A stretch of 64,000 bases of DNA, taken from Bryobacterales bacterium (GTDB lineage Bacteria; Acidobacteriota; Terriglobia; Bryobacterales; UBA6623). The stretch is from positions 4,467,767-4,531,766 of the forward strand of contig CBDEST010000005.1 of the NCBI GenBank assembly GCA_965242625.1. Reading direction: 5' to 3'. The position numbers and the translations under genes were made by a program. Of the stretch, positions 1 to 8,488 are shown one piece after another (the stretch's first letter is position 1; the number at the start of each line of letters is the position of its first letter). The notes under the pieces were generated by a model. The model was not told the origin of the DNA. It was given only the letters and a program-made list of their open reading frames with translations, and made no database searches.

Positions 1-2
1 GC

Positions 3-2069
3 GGCCAGCCCGCAGATGAAGACGGTGCAGCAGTCGATGCCACGATCCTCGTCGACTCGTCGAATCGGTTGAACCCGATCAGCGAACTGCTTTACGGGCA
101 CTTCGCGGAATTCATGTTTGAGAACATCAAGCGGGGCCTCTGGGCGGAACTGCTTGTCAACCGCGGCTTTGAAAACACGGCGCCGCCGCCTGCCGCCGCT
201 CACTACTGGGAGCGCTACCCGGACACTAGGAACCACTCCGATGGATTTCTGATGGGTGGGGAAGCGCTCGGCGTCTCCGAGCAGGGATATCCGCCCGCGA
301 TCAAGAACCGCGCGCAGGTCGTAGCGAATCTTCTGCCCTGGCAATCAGGACACGGCATCTACCAATCCGGAATACCCGTCCGAGCTGGTGTGACCTACGT
401 GGGCTCGATCTGGCTGCGAGCCACCGGTGCGAGTCGAACGCCGGCTGGCCCCCAATCTGGCGGGAACTTTGAAGGCCGGCTTCGGGCCTCGCTGGAGGAG
501 GATCGATCGGGTGGAGACGTATATGCCAGCACTGAAGTTGAAGGGATCACCAGCGATTGGACCAAGTTCGATTTCGAGCTGCCGACGCAAGCATCCGATC
601 CGCGGGCTCGTTTCGTCCTGACCGTCGTCGGCACAGGTGCGATTTGGATCGATCAGGTGTCCTTGATGCCAGGGGACGCCGAGGCTGGGCTGCGACCTGA
701 CGTAATGGCCAGAATCCATGCCTTGCAGCCGGCGTTCATGCGGTGGCCGGGAGGCAACGTCGCGCAAGACTACCACTGGCAATGGGGGATCGGCCCGCGA
801 GACGAGCGGCCGCTCTGGGTGAACATGTCGTGGGACGACGATCCCGAGCCTGCGGACTTCGGCACGCTCGAATACTTGGAATTCTGCCGACGGGTCGGTG
901 CCGAGCCCAACATCGTTGTGAATGTCGAGGGACGGGGCGCGACGGTTGTTGAAGCGTTGGCCCTGAGAGCGGCGGGGAAGGACATCCGAACTTCGTCGCG
1001 CGCGGCAACCGCCGAAGAGGCCGCGGCATGGGTCGAATACGTGAATGGCCCGGCCGACTCGCCATTCGGCAAGTTGCGTGCTCGGGACGGCCATCGCGAG
1101 CCGTTCGGAGTGAAGTATTGGGAAATCGGCAATGAGATCTGGGGCGACTGGGTGCGCGGGCACTCGGACGCAGCCACGTACGCGCATAATGCCCGTCGCT
1201 ACATTCGCGCCATGAGAGAGGTGGATCCCGACATCCGCTTCATTGCAGTCGGCGACGAGGATTTGGAGTGGAACCGCATTGTCTTGGAAGCGGTCGGCGA
1301 TCAAATCGATTTGCTGGCGATCCACCACTACCGACCGAAGCCGGTCGATCCGCCGAGCTTCGGCGCCCTGATGGCGAGACCCCTGTGGTACGAACGCCTT
1401 TACGGTCAGATCCGCGATCAGATCCGCCAGATAGTACCTGATCGCGATGTCGGCGTGGCTCTCAACGAATGGAACACGACCTTCGGCATCCCGCGGCAGC
1501 ACACGATGGAGTCGGCCCTCTTCGGAGCGCGCCTGATGAATGTTTTCGAACGCCAAGGCGACTTGATTCGCATGAGCGCGGTGTCGGACCTCGTCAACGG
1601 CTGGCCCGGCGGGATCATCCAAGCCAGCAAGCATGATGTCTTCACGACCGCCACGTACGCGGTGATTGAGGCCTACAGCCGCAATCGCGGGGATTGGCGG
1701 GTGCAGGCGGACGTGCTGTGCGATTTGAGCCATCACACGGGCGATCCGACGCTCGGCGAGACCGTGCCGGCGCTCGACGTGGTGGCCAGCACGAATGCCA
1801 CCGGTTCGGAGTTATTCGTCAAGCTGGCCAACACTTCGACCGAGCACGGGATTCGAGCGGAGTTACGTCTGGTGGATCCAGCATTCCCCTTCGCTGGACC
1901 GGCGACAGCCACGACGATCACGGCACCCAGCCTTGAGGTGGCGAACACGTTCGGCGAGCCTAATCGAATCTCGGTTCAAGATTCGGAGCTTTCGACCTCG
2001 GGTCAAAGTCTGGTCTTGGAACTTCCGAAGCACTCGGTTACCGTGCTGCGGGCCGATATCTCCCGCTAA
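3..2069 (+). CDS. alpha-L-arabinofuranosidase, GH51-like, with CBM-like insertion; the N-terminus probably lies upstream of the window
   Basis: The ORF track gives 69..2069 with a TTG start. The frame stays open back to nt 3, and the upstream residues (..ATILVDSSNRLNPISELLYGHF) still look like the family N-terminus. Family motifs: LLVNRGFE, FMRWPGGN, GTLEYLEFCRRVGAEPNIVVN, VKYWEIGNEIWGDW. The overlapping antisense and off-frame ORFs are Arg/Pro/Gly-rich junk. Confidence 0.8.
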   Translation, partial: GQPADEDGAAVDATILVDSSNRLNPISELLYGHFAEFMFENIKRGLWAELLVNRGFENTAPPPAAAHYWERYPDTRNHSDGFLMGGEALGVSEQGYPPAIKNRAQVVANLLPWQSGHGIYQSGIPVRAGVTYVGSIWLRATGASRTPAGPQSGGNFEGRLRASLEEDRSGGDVYASTEVEGITSDWTKFDFELPTQASDPRARFVLTVVGTGAIWIDQVSLMPGDAEAGLRPDVMARIHALQPAFMRWPGGNVAQDYHWQWGIGPRDERPLWVNMSWDDDPEPADFGTLEYLEFCRRVGAEPNIVVNVEGRGATVVEALALRAAGKDIRTSSRAATAEEAAAWVEYVNGPADSPFGKLRARDGHREPFGVKYWEIGNEIWGDWVRGHSDAATYAHNARRYIRAMREVDPDIRFIAVGDEDLEWNRIVLEAVGDQIDLLAIHHYRPKPVDPPSFGALMARPLWYERLYGQIRDQIRQIVPDRDVGVALNEWNTTFGIPRQHTMESALFGARLMNVFERQGDLIRMSAVSDLVNGWPGGIIQASKHDVFTTATYAVIEAYSRNRGDWRVQADVLCDLSHHTGDPTLGETVPALDVVASTNATGSELFVKLANTSTEHGIRAELRLVDPAFPFAGPATATTITAPSLEVANTFGEPNRISVQDSELSTSGQSLVLELPKHSVTVLRADISR

Positions 2070-2127
2070 CCTGCATTCGCGATCCGCGCTGTCCGAACGG
2101 GCAGGGAGGATCGCTAGAATCGTACCC

Positions 2128-3648
2128 ATGCCCTTGATCGGGATCCTGATCGTCGTCCTCGCGCCGCTATTGGCTCAAGCTGCCCCCAACATTCTCTTCG
2201 TCATGAGCGACGATCACGCCGTTCCGGCACTCAGTGCCTACGGCGGGGACCTGATTTCGACGCCCAATCTGGATCGCCTCGGCCGCGAGGGGGCGCGTTT
2301 CGATGCGGCCTACGTGACCAACTCGATCTGTACTCCGAGCAGGGCGGTCGTGCTGACCGGCAAGCACAGCCACAAGAACGGAGTCCTCACGCTATCGGAT
2401 TCGTTCGATGGCTCGCAGCAGACCGTGGCGAAGCTGCTTCGAGCGGCGGGCTACCACACGGGAATGGTCGGCAAATGGCATCTGAAGACCGAACCAACCG
2501 GTTTCGACGAGTACGCGGTGCTTCCGGGCCAAGGACTCTACTACGACCCGTTCCTGCGCCACACCGGCGAGTGGCCGGAGCAGCGCCGCTACGAGGGCTA
2601 CGTCACGGACGTCATCACTGACCATGCGCTCGAATTCCTCAGGAATCGTCCGCTGGACAAGCCGTTCTTCCTGATGTACCACCACAAGGCGCCGCACGAC
2701 GTATTCGTTCCCAAGCGCGAACACGCTCACCTCTTTGCCGATCCGATTCCCGAACCGCCCACGCTGAACGAGGACGTCAGGGAGCGGATCGCCCTGCGAG
2801 AGACCGTTGAGAAGATCGGCCATCGACATACCTCGTACGGTGTGCCGGAGTGGCGCTGGTTCCTCACGCGCGTCAGGTATCAGCCGAGTGAGATCTCCGG
2901 GTGGGAGCGAGACCTTGCCGGACTTACCGGTGACTCGTTGCGCAGGGCGCAGTACCAGATCTACATGCGGCGCTACTTGCAGTGCGTGCATTCGATCGAC
3001 GAGAACATGGGCCGGGTGCTGGACTACCTCGACGAAGAGGGGCTGGCCCGCAACACGCTGGTCATCTACACATCGGATCAAGGGTTCTTCCTCGGCGAGC
3101 ACGGCCTCTACGACAAGCGGTTCATGTACGAACCTGCATTTCGAATTCCGCTCCTCGTGCGCTGGCCGGAAGCGGTTGCCGCAGGCGGCGAGCCGGAGGA
3201 ACTGGTTCAGAATCTTGACTTTGCGCCCACCATGCTGGATGCGGCAGGCGTCCGGGTACCGGAAGACATCCAAGGCAGGAGTTTCTTGCCGATCGCCAAG
3301 GGCGAAGCTTCAGGTGCGTGGCGAGATGCGATCTATTACCGCTACTGGATGAACAGAGGTCACTTCAACATTCCCGGACACTTGGGCGTGCGAACGAAGC
3401 GATACAAGCTGATTTACTTCTATGACAGCGACCGCGGGCCGGACGGGCGCACCTTGGTCAAAGGCGCGCGACCGAGCGTGCGCGACCCGTTCTGGGAGTT
3501 CTATGACCTAGCCGACGATCCCCGCGAGGTCAATAACCTCTACGGCGACAGCCGATACTCGGATCGGGTTCGAAGGCTGAAGCTGCGACTTGGCAAATTG
3601 CGGGAGCAGTACGGTGACGATCAGGACGGACTCGATTTGGGCGACTAG
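2128..3648 (+). CDS. sulfatase (Cys-type, formylglycine-dependent), secreted
   Basis: ORF 1795..3648 is trimmed to ATG 2128. That start gives the signal peptide MPLIGILIVVLAPLLAQA followed directly by NILFVMSDDHA (metal-binding DD) and the CTPSRAVVLTGK sulfatase signature. The upstream part of the ORF overlaps the GH51 gene and is Arg/Ser-rich. Confidence 0.9.
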   Translation: MPLIGILIVVLAPLLAQAAPNILFVMSDDHAVPALSAYGGDLISTPNLDRLGREGARFDAAYVTNSICTPSRAVVLTGKHSHKNGVLTLSDSFDGSQQTVAKLLRAAGYHTGMVGKWHLKTEPTGFDEYAVLPGQGLYYDPFLRHTGEWPEQRRYEGYVTDVITDHALEFLRNRPLDKPFFLMYHHKAPHDVFVPKREHAHLFADPIPEPPTLNEDVRERIALRETVEKIGHRHTSYGVPEWRWFLTRVRYQPSEISGWERDLAGLTGDSLRRAQYQIYMRRYLQCVHSIDENMGRVLDYLDEEGLARNTLVIYTSDQGFFLGEHGLYDKRFMYEPAFRIPLLVRWPEAVAAGGEPEELVQNLDFAPTMLDAAGVRVPEDIQGRSFLPIAKGEASGAWRDAIYYRYWMNRGHFNIPGHLGVRTKRYKLIYFYDSDRGPDGRTLVKGARPSVRDPFWEFYDLADDPREVNNLYGDSRYSDRVRRLKLRLGKLREQYGDDQDGLDLGD

Positions 3649-3868
3649 CGCGTAAGCCCAAGGTGCGGCGCAGGGCCTGCCTGACATGCGCCAGACGATG
3701 GTCGGCGTCGCAAGTGCAGGGTGACGTCGCCCCCTCGCCCCGCTCACTGAAGCCTTCCGCTTCGCAGTCTGGATCGCTGGCGTTGGCCACTCAACGAATG
3801 GGAACAATTCCGCGCCCTCCAGCCTCGAGGGCTTTGAGCGTACCTCCAGCGAGTGATAATCTGGTCGT

Positions 3869-4231
3869 ATGAAGCTTCGGAAGGCACTAGCTCTCGCGAC
3901 ATTCGTCCTTGGTGCGCTGGTCGGCACTGTGTTCGCCGCTTCCCCGATCGCGGGCAAGTGGACGGCCACTTGGGATACGGAGGGCGGCACCCGGACCAAC
4001 GAGTGGATCGTCACCGAGGCGGAGGGCGCGATCACGGTGGAGGTCGACGGCAACCAGTACAAGGGCACCTTCGCGGAGAACGAGTTCAGCTTCGAGGGAA
4101 AGTTCTACTCCGCCGAAGCGGGTTACTCGTCGACGCTCAAGGTGAAGGGCAGGTTGGAAGGCGATGTGCTGAAGGGGAGCGGCACGTGGGACGCCTATTC
4201 GATGACGTTTGAAGCGAAACGATCTCAATGA
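3869..4231 (+). CDS. small secreted protein of unknown function
   Basis: 120 aa with a clear signal peptide (MKLRKALALATFVLGALVGTVFA/AS). The mature part is beta-rich, with an alternating pattern (GKWTATWDTEGG..., TLKVKGRLEGDVLKGSGTWD). I recognise no family. Confidence 0.6.
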   Translation: MKLRKALALATFVLGALVGTVFAASPIAGKWTATWDTEGGTRTNEWIVTEAEGAITVEVDGNQYKGTFAENEFSFEGKFYSAEAGYSSTLKVKGRLEGDVLKGSGTWDAYSMTFEAKRSQ

Positions 4232-4427
4232 CCTCCAAGCCGACGAGCGCACTCAGGACCATTGAACCCAGATCCACGTTCCAGGTCAGGCAATCGTAGA
4301 TTTGCGAGTGCTCGATCTCAGCCATGCCGGATCCGAGACCGGCCGCCACGGTTTGCAAGCTGCTGAGCTGCCACGCACTCGCGGTCGATTCATGCGCGCA
4401 GGGTCGGCATCTCGCGGGTTCTGATCG

Positions 4428-5225
4428 TTACTCCAGACACTTCGTCCATGGAGTCAGGTCATTCGGATCGGATGCGGCCCGTGTTGCGCTCATCATCCTT
4501 GCGTTCAAGACGCGTTTCATAGTGGCGGGGAAGCGGATGTACCTCTCGTTCAGGTCTTCCTCGAACTCTTCCTGAGTCCGGTCTCCCTTGATCGAGTTAC
4601 ACCCTCCGCACAAGAGCTGGAGGTTCTCGAACTCGTTACCGCCTCCCAAGCGCAACGGCTTAATGTGGTCTTGAGTGATCGCATGGGCGAGCATGTGGCT
4701 CCCGCACCCGCCACATAGCCCAGACTGCTGCCAATAGAGTCGCATCTTGATGATGTCGGTCGTACGTTGCCGCTCGGCGAGTTGCGTCGTAGTCTCACCA
4801 TCTGGCCGGTCAGCTTGCCGCGACTCTTTGTCAACGATTCGCACATCCCGCCCCCATGCCAGACCGCTTGCGAGACAAGCATCCCTGACGAGCTTCTGCA
4901 GATTGGAGGGACTGACGCCGATAATCTTGACGTACCATCCGTTCTCCAAGTCTCGCGCCTTCTCGTTGTTCCATCCTTCGGATCGCAGCACCTCGGGGCT
5001 TCTCGCGATTTGCATCGCCCCTCGGGCCGTTCCTGCCGTACGCTTGACCTCGCAGTCATAGAATCGCTGCAAGCTCCCGGGGTGCTGCCTCTCCATCTCC
5101 TTCAGAGCCGCGATGGCGGCTTTGGTCATGGATTGGATATCGACTGACCACGATCCGACGAACACTGTGTACCATCGCCGTTTGCGCGGTCGGTTCGATC
5201 TGCTGCTGTATCTGTCTGTCACCAT
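4428..5225 (-). CDS. HNH endonuclease domain protein with an uncharacterised ~190-aa N-terminal region
   Basis: The C-terminus carries a Cys4 HNH module: CGGCGSHMLAHAITQDHIKPLRLGGGNEFENLQLLCGGCNSIKGD. The ORF track starts at TTG 5246. I prefer ATG 5225 because AAGGA (complement of 5232-5236) lies 6 nt upstream. Third codon positions are G/C-enriched, so it is coding, but less so than in neighbouring genes. Local GC is about 57-60%. Confidence 0.8.
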   Translation of the reverse strand: MVTDRYSSRSNRPRKRRWYTVFVGSWSVDIQSMTKAAIAALKEMERQHPGSLQRFYDCEVKRTAGTARGAMQIARSPEVLRSEGWNNEKARDLENGWYVKIIGVSPSNLQKLVRDACLASGLAWGRDVRIVDKESRQADRPDGETTTQLAERQRTTDIIKMRLYWQQSGLCGGCGSHMLAHAITQDHIKPLRLGGGNEFENLQLLCGGCNSIKGDRTQEEFEEDLNERYIRFPATMKRVLNARMMSATRAASDPNDLTPWTKCLE

Positions 5226-6006
5226 GGCATTTCCTTTCTCGTTCAAAGACCTAGGGCCTTCCTACCCTCGTGGGTGATGTTCAACCGGCAGAGCCCCTTG
5301 GAACCCACGATCTGACAGCGAACTCCTCGAGCAGGGCATCGAACCGGCCCTGACGACGGCTTGGGGCACGCCCCCGCGAATCGTTAGCGAGCGGCACGGG
5401 CGTTTCCATTGGAGTGCTCTATCGCTCGGAGGAATCGGCCTTCGGTACTGGTCAGCACGAATCATTTCCAATCAATGCGCGGCTTGCTGGGGGTGCGGCT
5501 AGAAAGCCTGCGAGGCGCTGGATAAGGCCGCGTTCGGCGAGGTAGTCCAGAGTGACCCGCGGTTGGACGCCTCCGGCTTCGTCGACAGGTATCTCGGTCT
5601 GCCCGAGGGGCTTCCCGGATTGGACGATGCCTGGTGGGGAGGGCCCGCCCCAAACTCAACCAGCGGTCTAGAGATGTCACGGCCAGCCGAGTTGCCGAAC
5701 GAGGAATCCGCGATGGGACAGTCTCAGGTGCGTCTCGCAGACCATACAGCCAACGGCACATAGGGTAGCGCAGTCCTCAACAGGGCACCTCTCTGGACTG
5801 GGATTCTAGACGGAAGTAGTGAAGGCACCTAGGAGTCTGTCGAAAAAGTCCGACGGCTCGCGAGATCCACCGTAGCAGCAGTCAACAGACTTCGAGATTT
5901 CGGAAATCTGGCCCCCAAGATGCGTAGCACAGCCCACGTTGGGGCCGCATCGCCGTCCAAGCAGGCCAATGAAACCGCCCTTGACACTGCCCTTTGCAGC
6001 AAGCTC
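5226..6006 (-). other. ~780-nt ORF-free spacer upstream of the HNH gene; candidate structured RNA, long leader or decayed element
   Basis: Only Arg/Pro-rich ORFs without GC3 enrichment occur here (5262..5471, 5462..5761, 5563..5763). Several local helices are visible: 5269-5275/5303-5309, 5332-5337/5347-5352, 5835-5843/5882-5890, 5895-5900/5904-5909, 5910-5918/5939-5946. GC is about 56-57% in hand-counted samples. Confidence 0.3.
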
Positions 6007-6999
6007 CTAGCCGAGAACCCGCAGTCCGAACCACGCCATTCCGACGACCAGCAACAGGATCCCTCCCAATTGCTCAGCACGTCCCGTCACGAAGCGCAAT
6101 CTGAAAGTGCCCAATCCGGCCGCTACGAGTCCTTCTGTTCCCAGCGCACCGGGCAGCACGAAGCCGCTGTGCATCTCTACGGACTGGATGAACGCCCCTA
6201 GGAACAGACCGTGGAAACATCCCAATCCACCGCAGACCAGCCAGCGTTTGGTAGCGTCGGGCAGGAATAGGATTTCTGCGGCGAGGTAACCGACTGCTAG
6301 TGCCGCTGCCGCCTCAAGAAACGAAACGGGCGGCCTCCACTCGATGAGGCCGACGGTCGTGCCCGTCGCGGCCTGCGCGAGAAGGAACGCTCCGGCGCAA
6401 GCCGCCAATTCTCTTTTGGTACGCGCCGCCAATGCAAGGGCGATCAGAAACAGGAACAGTTCGGGACTCGTGACCGGTTTGCGAACGCCTGCGCCTGCCT
6501 CCGTGCGAACGACCTCCCATAGGGTGGGTGGCACGAATCGAATCTCGGCTTCTCTGAACGTGATGTCGAATACAGTCTGGCGAGCGGTCTCGCCGCTGCC
6601 GGATCGCAGGATATGTACGTGATGCGGAACCGTGACGGAAGGGAAGTCACAGCGGAAATCCACGGTTGACGGTGGATCCAAGAAGCGATAGCTGGCTCGA
6701 CACGTGTAGAGCTCCTGGCCCGCAACCGACCGACACGATGCTCCCTCTCTAGTCGCTGTCTGGTCGCCCGCCCGCATTTCAATCGCGTCCAAGAGCGCGA
6801 GTTGTGGCTCTGCGACGTCCGGCACCTCCGAGAGGGGCATCCGAAGCTCGTAAGTCGCCGCTGCGCCATCCAAGGTCAAGTCGCCCTGGCTAACGCTAAG
6901 GACATGGGCGGGTGCCGGGGCACTCGAGCCGATCGCAACTAGGATCGTGAGAAACGCTAGTCCATGTCTGCTGGGTAGTCGTGCCGTGGCGCGGCTCAT
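6007..6999 (-). CDS. HupE/UreJ-like membrane protein with an N-terminal extracytoplasmic domain
   Basis: There is a signal/anchor (LAFLTILVAIGSSAPAPAHV), then a ~150-aa soluble domain, then about 5 hydrophobic helices (FLFLIALALAART.., AFLLAQAATG.., ALAVGYLAAEILF.., GGLGCFHGLFLGAF.., LLLVVGMAWFGL). The start ATG overlaps the stop of the upstream gene (ATGA at 6996-6999). Confidence 0.65.
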   Translation of the reverse strand: MSRATARLPSRHGLAFLTILVAIGSSAPAPAHVLSVSQGDLTLDGAAATYELRMPLSEVPDVAEPQLALLDAIEMRAGDQTATREGASCRSVAGQELYTCRASYRFLDPPSTVDFRCDFPSVTVPHHVHILRSGSGETARQTVFDITFREAEIRFVPPTLWEVVRTEAGAGVRKPVTSPELFLFLIALALAARTKRELAACAGAFLLAQAATGTTVGLIEWRPPVSFLEAAAALAVGYLAAEILFLPDATKRWLVCGGLGCFHGLFLGAFIQSVEMHSGFVLPGALGTEGLVAAGLGTFRLRFVTGRAEQLGGILLLVVGMAWFGLRVLG

Positions 7000-8423
7000 G
7001 GCGCGCCGAAAGCGTACATGGCTTGGAGCGAGCGGATGTACACGCGCCCGTCAACGAGGGCGGGGGTCGCGAAGCACGTGCCGTCCAACGTACTCGTTTC
7101 GGCCACGCTCCATTCCTCTCCCGGCGTGATCGTGCTGATCGTGCAGCCTTCGCTAATCGTGAATATCTTGCCGTCCCCTCCCACCGGCGACGCCCAGTAC
7201 TTGCCGATCGCTTCCCTCAAGCGACCGACGCGGTGAGCGGTTCCCGATGCGGGATCGACGCTGCTGAAGATTCCGCCGTCCCTGACCAAGTAAATCGTGC
7301 CGCGATAGAGCAGGGGAGAGGCTGTGTTCGGCAGGGACTTGGTGTACCGCCAGACGACGCCTTTCTCGGTAATGTCGCCACGCATGTCACCCGGGCGAAT
7401 CGCAACCAAGTTGTTCACCGGGGCTCGGCGCGCCGCGTAGAAGTACCAATCGCGTTCGTCCAGCTTGCCGTCGCCGCCTAGGTCGGCTTCGCCCCAAGGA
7501 TGATCTTTCTTGAGTCGCTCGTACGGTGCCTCGGCCTGTGAGAGCAAGCTGTCGCCATCCGCGTCGTATTCGCCAATCACCTCTTCAAACGAAGGCGTTT
7601 TCTGCTGCTGCCCGGGGTCACCGCCGATTTCCCATCCGTTGATGTAGATCGTGTCGCCGGCGAAGAGTGGCACGCACTTCAACTGCCATGCGAACCCGGT
7701 CACCCACCACACTTGCGCGCCGGTCTCCAAGTCGTATGCGACTACTCGATACGCGCCCGGCACGATCACTTGGGGCGTTCCGCCGGCCGGGCGGAAAACC
7801 CCCGCCGTCCCGTAGCCCCGCGTGGTCTCGGACCGGTCCGCCTTCCAGACCTTCTCGCCAGTCTTGGCATCGAGCGCGATCAGGTACGAGCCGACCTGCT
7901 GGTCGCACACGATCAGCAACTTGCCATCGGCAAGAATCGGGGACGAGCCGTGTCCGTTTTGATTGACGAACGGACCCATGGCATGCTGCCACAGCTCATT
8001 GCCGTCGGTGTCATACGCCAATGCGCCGAAGTCGCCGAAGAAGACAAACACGCTCTCGCCGTCCGTCACCGGCGACGGGGAAGCCGGGCCGTGAGTCCGC
8101 TGGAAGTGCTCGCGTCGCGGCCTCGGTGCCTCGCGGATCCACAGCACCTCGCCGGAGTCGCGATCCAACGCCAGCACGAGCAGCTTTTCGTTTTCGTACG
8201 CGGTCAGGAAGATCTTGTTTCCGGAAACCACCGGAGACGAATGCCCGGGCGGCACGGCTGCCTTCCACAGCAGGTTCACGCCTTCGCCGAATTGGCTCGG
8301 CAGTGCGCTACCCTCCGCGATACCCGTCCCCTCGGGACCGCGGAACTGGGGCCAGTCCAACGCGAGGGCCCCCACAGCCAGGAGCGGGACAGCCAGCGCG
8401 GCGAGCCGTTGCATGCCCATCAA
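6996..8423 (-). CDS. PQQ-like (BamB-type) beta-propeller repeat protein with an inserted EF-hand-like pair, secreted
   Basis: Signal peptide MMGMQRLAALAVPLLAVGALA. Repeated propeller blades (..SSPVVSGNKIFL.., ..GEVLW.., ..GNELW.., ..GEKVW.., ..GAQVWW.., ASPLLYRGTIYLV, ATPALVDGRVYIRS). Ca-loop-like motifs DADGDSLLSQAE and DLGGDGKLDERD. Confidence 0.8.
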   Translation of the reverse strand: MMGMQRLAALAVPLLAVGALALDWPQFRGPEGTGIAEGSALPSQFGEGVNLLWKAAVPPGHSSPVVSGNKIFLTAYENEKLLVLALDRDSGEVLWIREAPRPRREHFQRTHGPASPSPVTDGESVFVFFGDFGALAYDTDGNELWQHAMGPFVNQNGHGSSPILADGKLLIVCDQQVGSYLIALDAKTGEKVWKADRSETTRGYGTAGVFRPAGGTPQVIVPGAYRVVAYDLETGAQVWWVTGFAWQLKCVPLFAGDTIYINGWEIGGDPGQQQKTPSFEEVIGEYDADGDSLLSQAEAPYERLKKDHPWGEADLGGDGKLDERDWYFYAARRAPVNNLVAIRPGDMRGDITEKGVVWRYTKSLPNTASPLLYRGTIYLVRDGGIFSSVDPASGTAHRVGRLREAIGKYWASPVGGDGKIFTISEGCTISTITPGEEWSVAETSTLDGTCFATPALVDGRVYIRSLQAMYAFGAP

Positions 8424-8488
8424 TATACCGCTTGCCGGGCCACGCTGGCCCCTGCGTGATAGAGTGCAAGAGACGAAGCCCCCTGTAA

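Noticed and set aside
4268-4292. An SRP-RNA-like string, CCAGGTCAGG.
   Set aside because: The conserved continuation (GUCCGGAAGGAAGCAGCC) is absent, and there is no flanking helix 8 symmetry.
4137-4427. The reading frame of the HNH gene stays open for ~97 codons after its TAA stop, including an internal MAEIEHSQIYDCLTWNVDLGS.. segment. This could suggest read-through or a downstream small gene.
   Set aside because: The extension overlaps the 3' end of the convergent, signal-peptide-bearing gene 3869..4231. It has no RBS and a partly Arg/Pro/Ser-rich composition. Open frames of this length arise by chance at this GC content.
5326-5356. A tRNA-like T-loop sequence (minus strand GGCCGGTTCGATGCCCTG) in the spacer upstream of the HNH gene, possibly a tRNA or tmRNA integration site.
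   Set aside because: With a 7-nt TTCGATG loop only 2 bp of the T-stem can form. The alternative 6-bp stem has a 9-nt loop. No acceptor stem, anticodon arm or CCA context is visible, so this is not a tRNA.
5262-5471. A 69-aa ORF just upstream of the HNH gene, possibly a small partner protein or antitoxin.
   Set aside because: It is Arg/Pro/Ser-rich. Its hand-counted GC3 of about 61% equals bulk GC, with no coding enrichment. It has no RBS. I treat it as non-coding unless homologues show conservation.
5790-5860. tmRNA-like 5' similarity on the plus strand (GGATTCTAGACGGAAG...CCTAGGAG, compared with GAUUCUGGAUUCGACGGGA...CCCUAGGAG) and an ANE.. peptide frame at 5966 onward.
   Set aside because: There is no GGGG acceptor start, no T-arm or CCA 3' end, and no ..LAA-type tag ending. 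A full-length tmRNA from here would run into the well-supported C-terminal TM helix of the HupE-like gene. The minus-strand GGGGGCCAG.. start also lacks the GGTTTCGAC motif and a pairing 3' end.
4428-6006. The idea that the locus is an IscB/HEARO (omega-RNA guided) or IshB-like system.
   Set aside because: The protein has no RuvC motifs and no PLMP motif, and it is 265-272 aa with an unrelated N-terminus. I cannot match the spacer to HEARO without a covariance model. I keep it only as a geometric analogy in the findings.
4352-6013. An imperfect direct repeat, TTTGCAAGCTGCTGAGC (4352-4368) versus TTTGCAGCAAGCTCCTAGC (5993-6011), that could mark att-like ends of the HNH islet.
   Set aside because: Only about 15 matched positions, with one mismatch and two gaps. 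No integrase or recombinase is present. This is too weak to call insertion boundaries.
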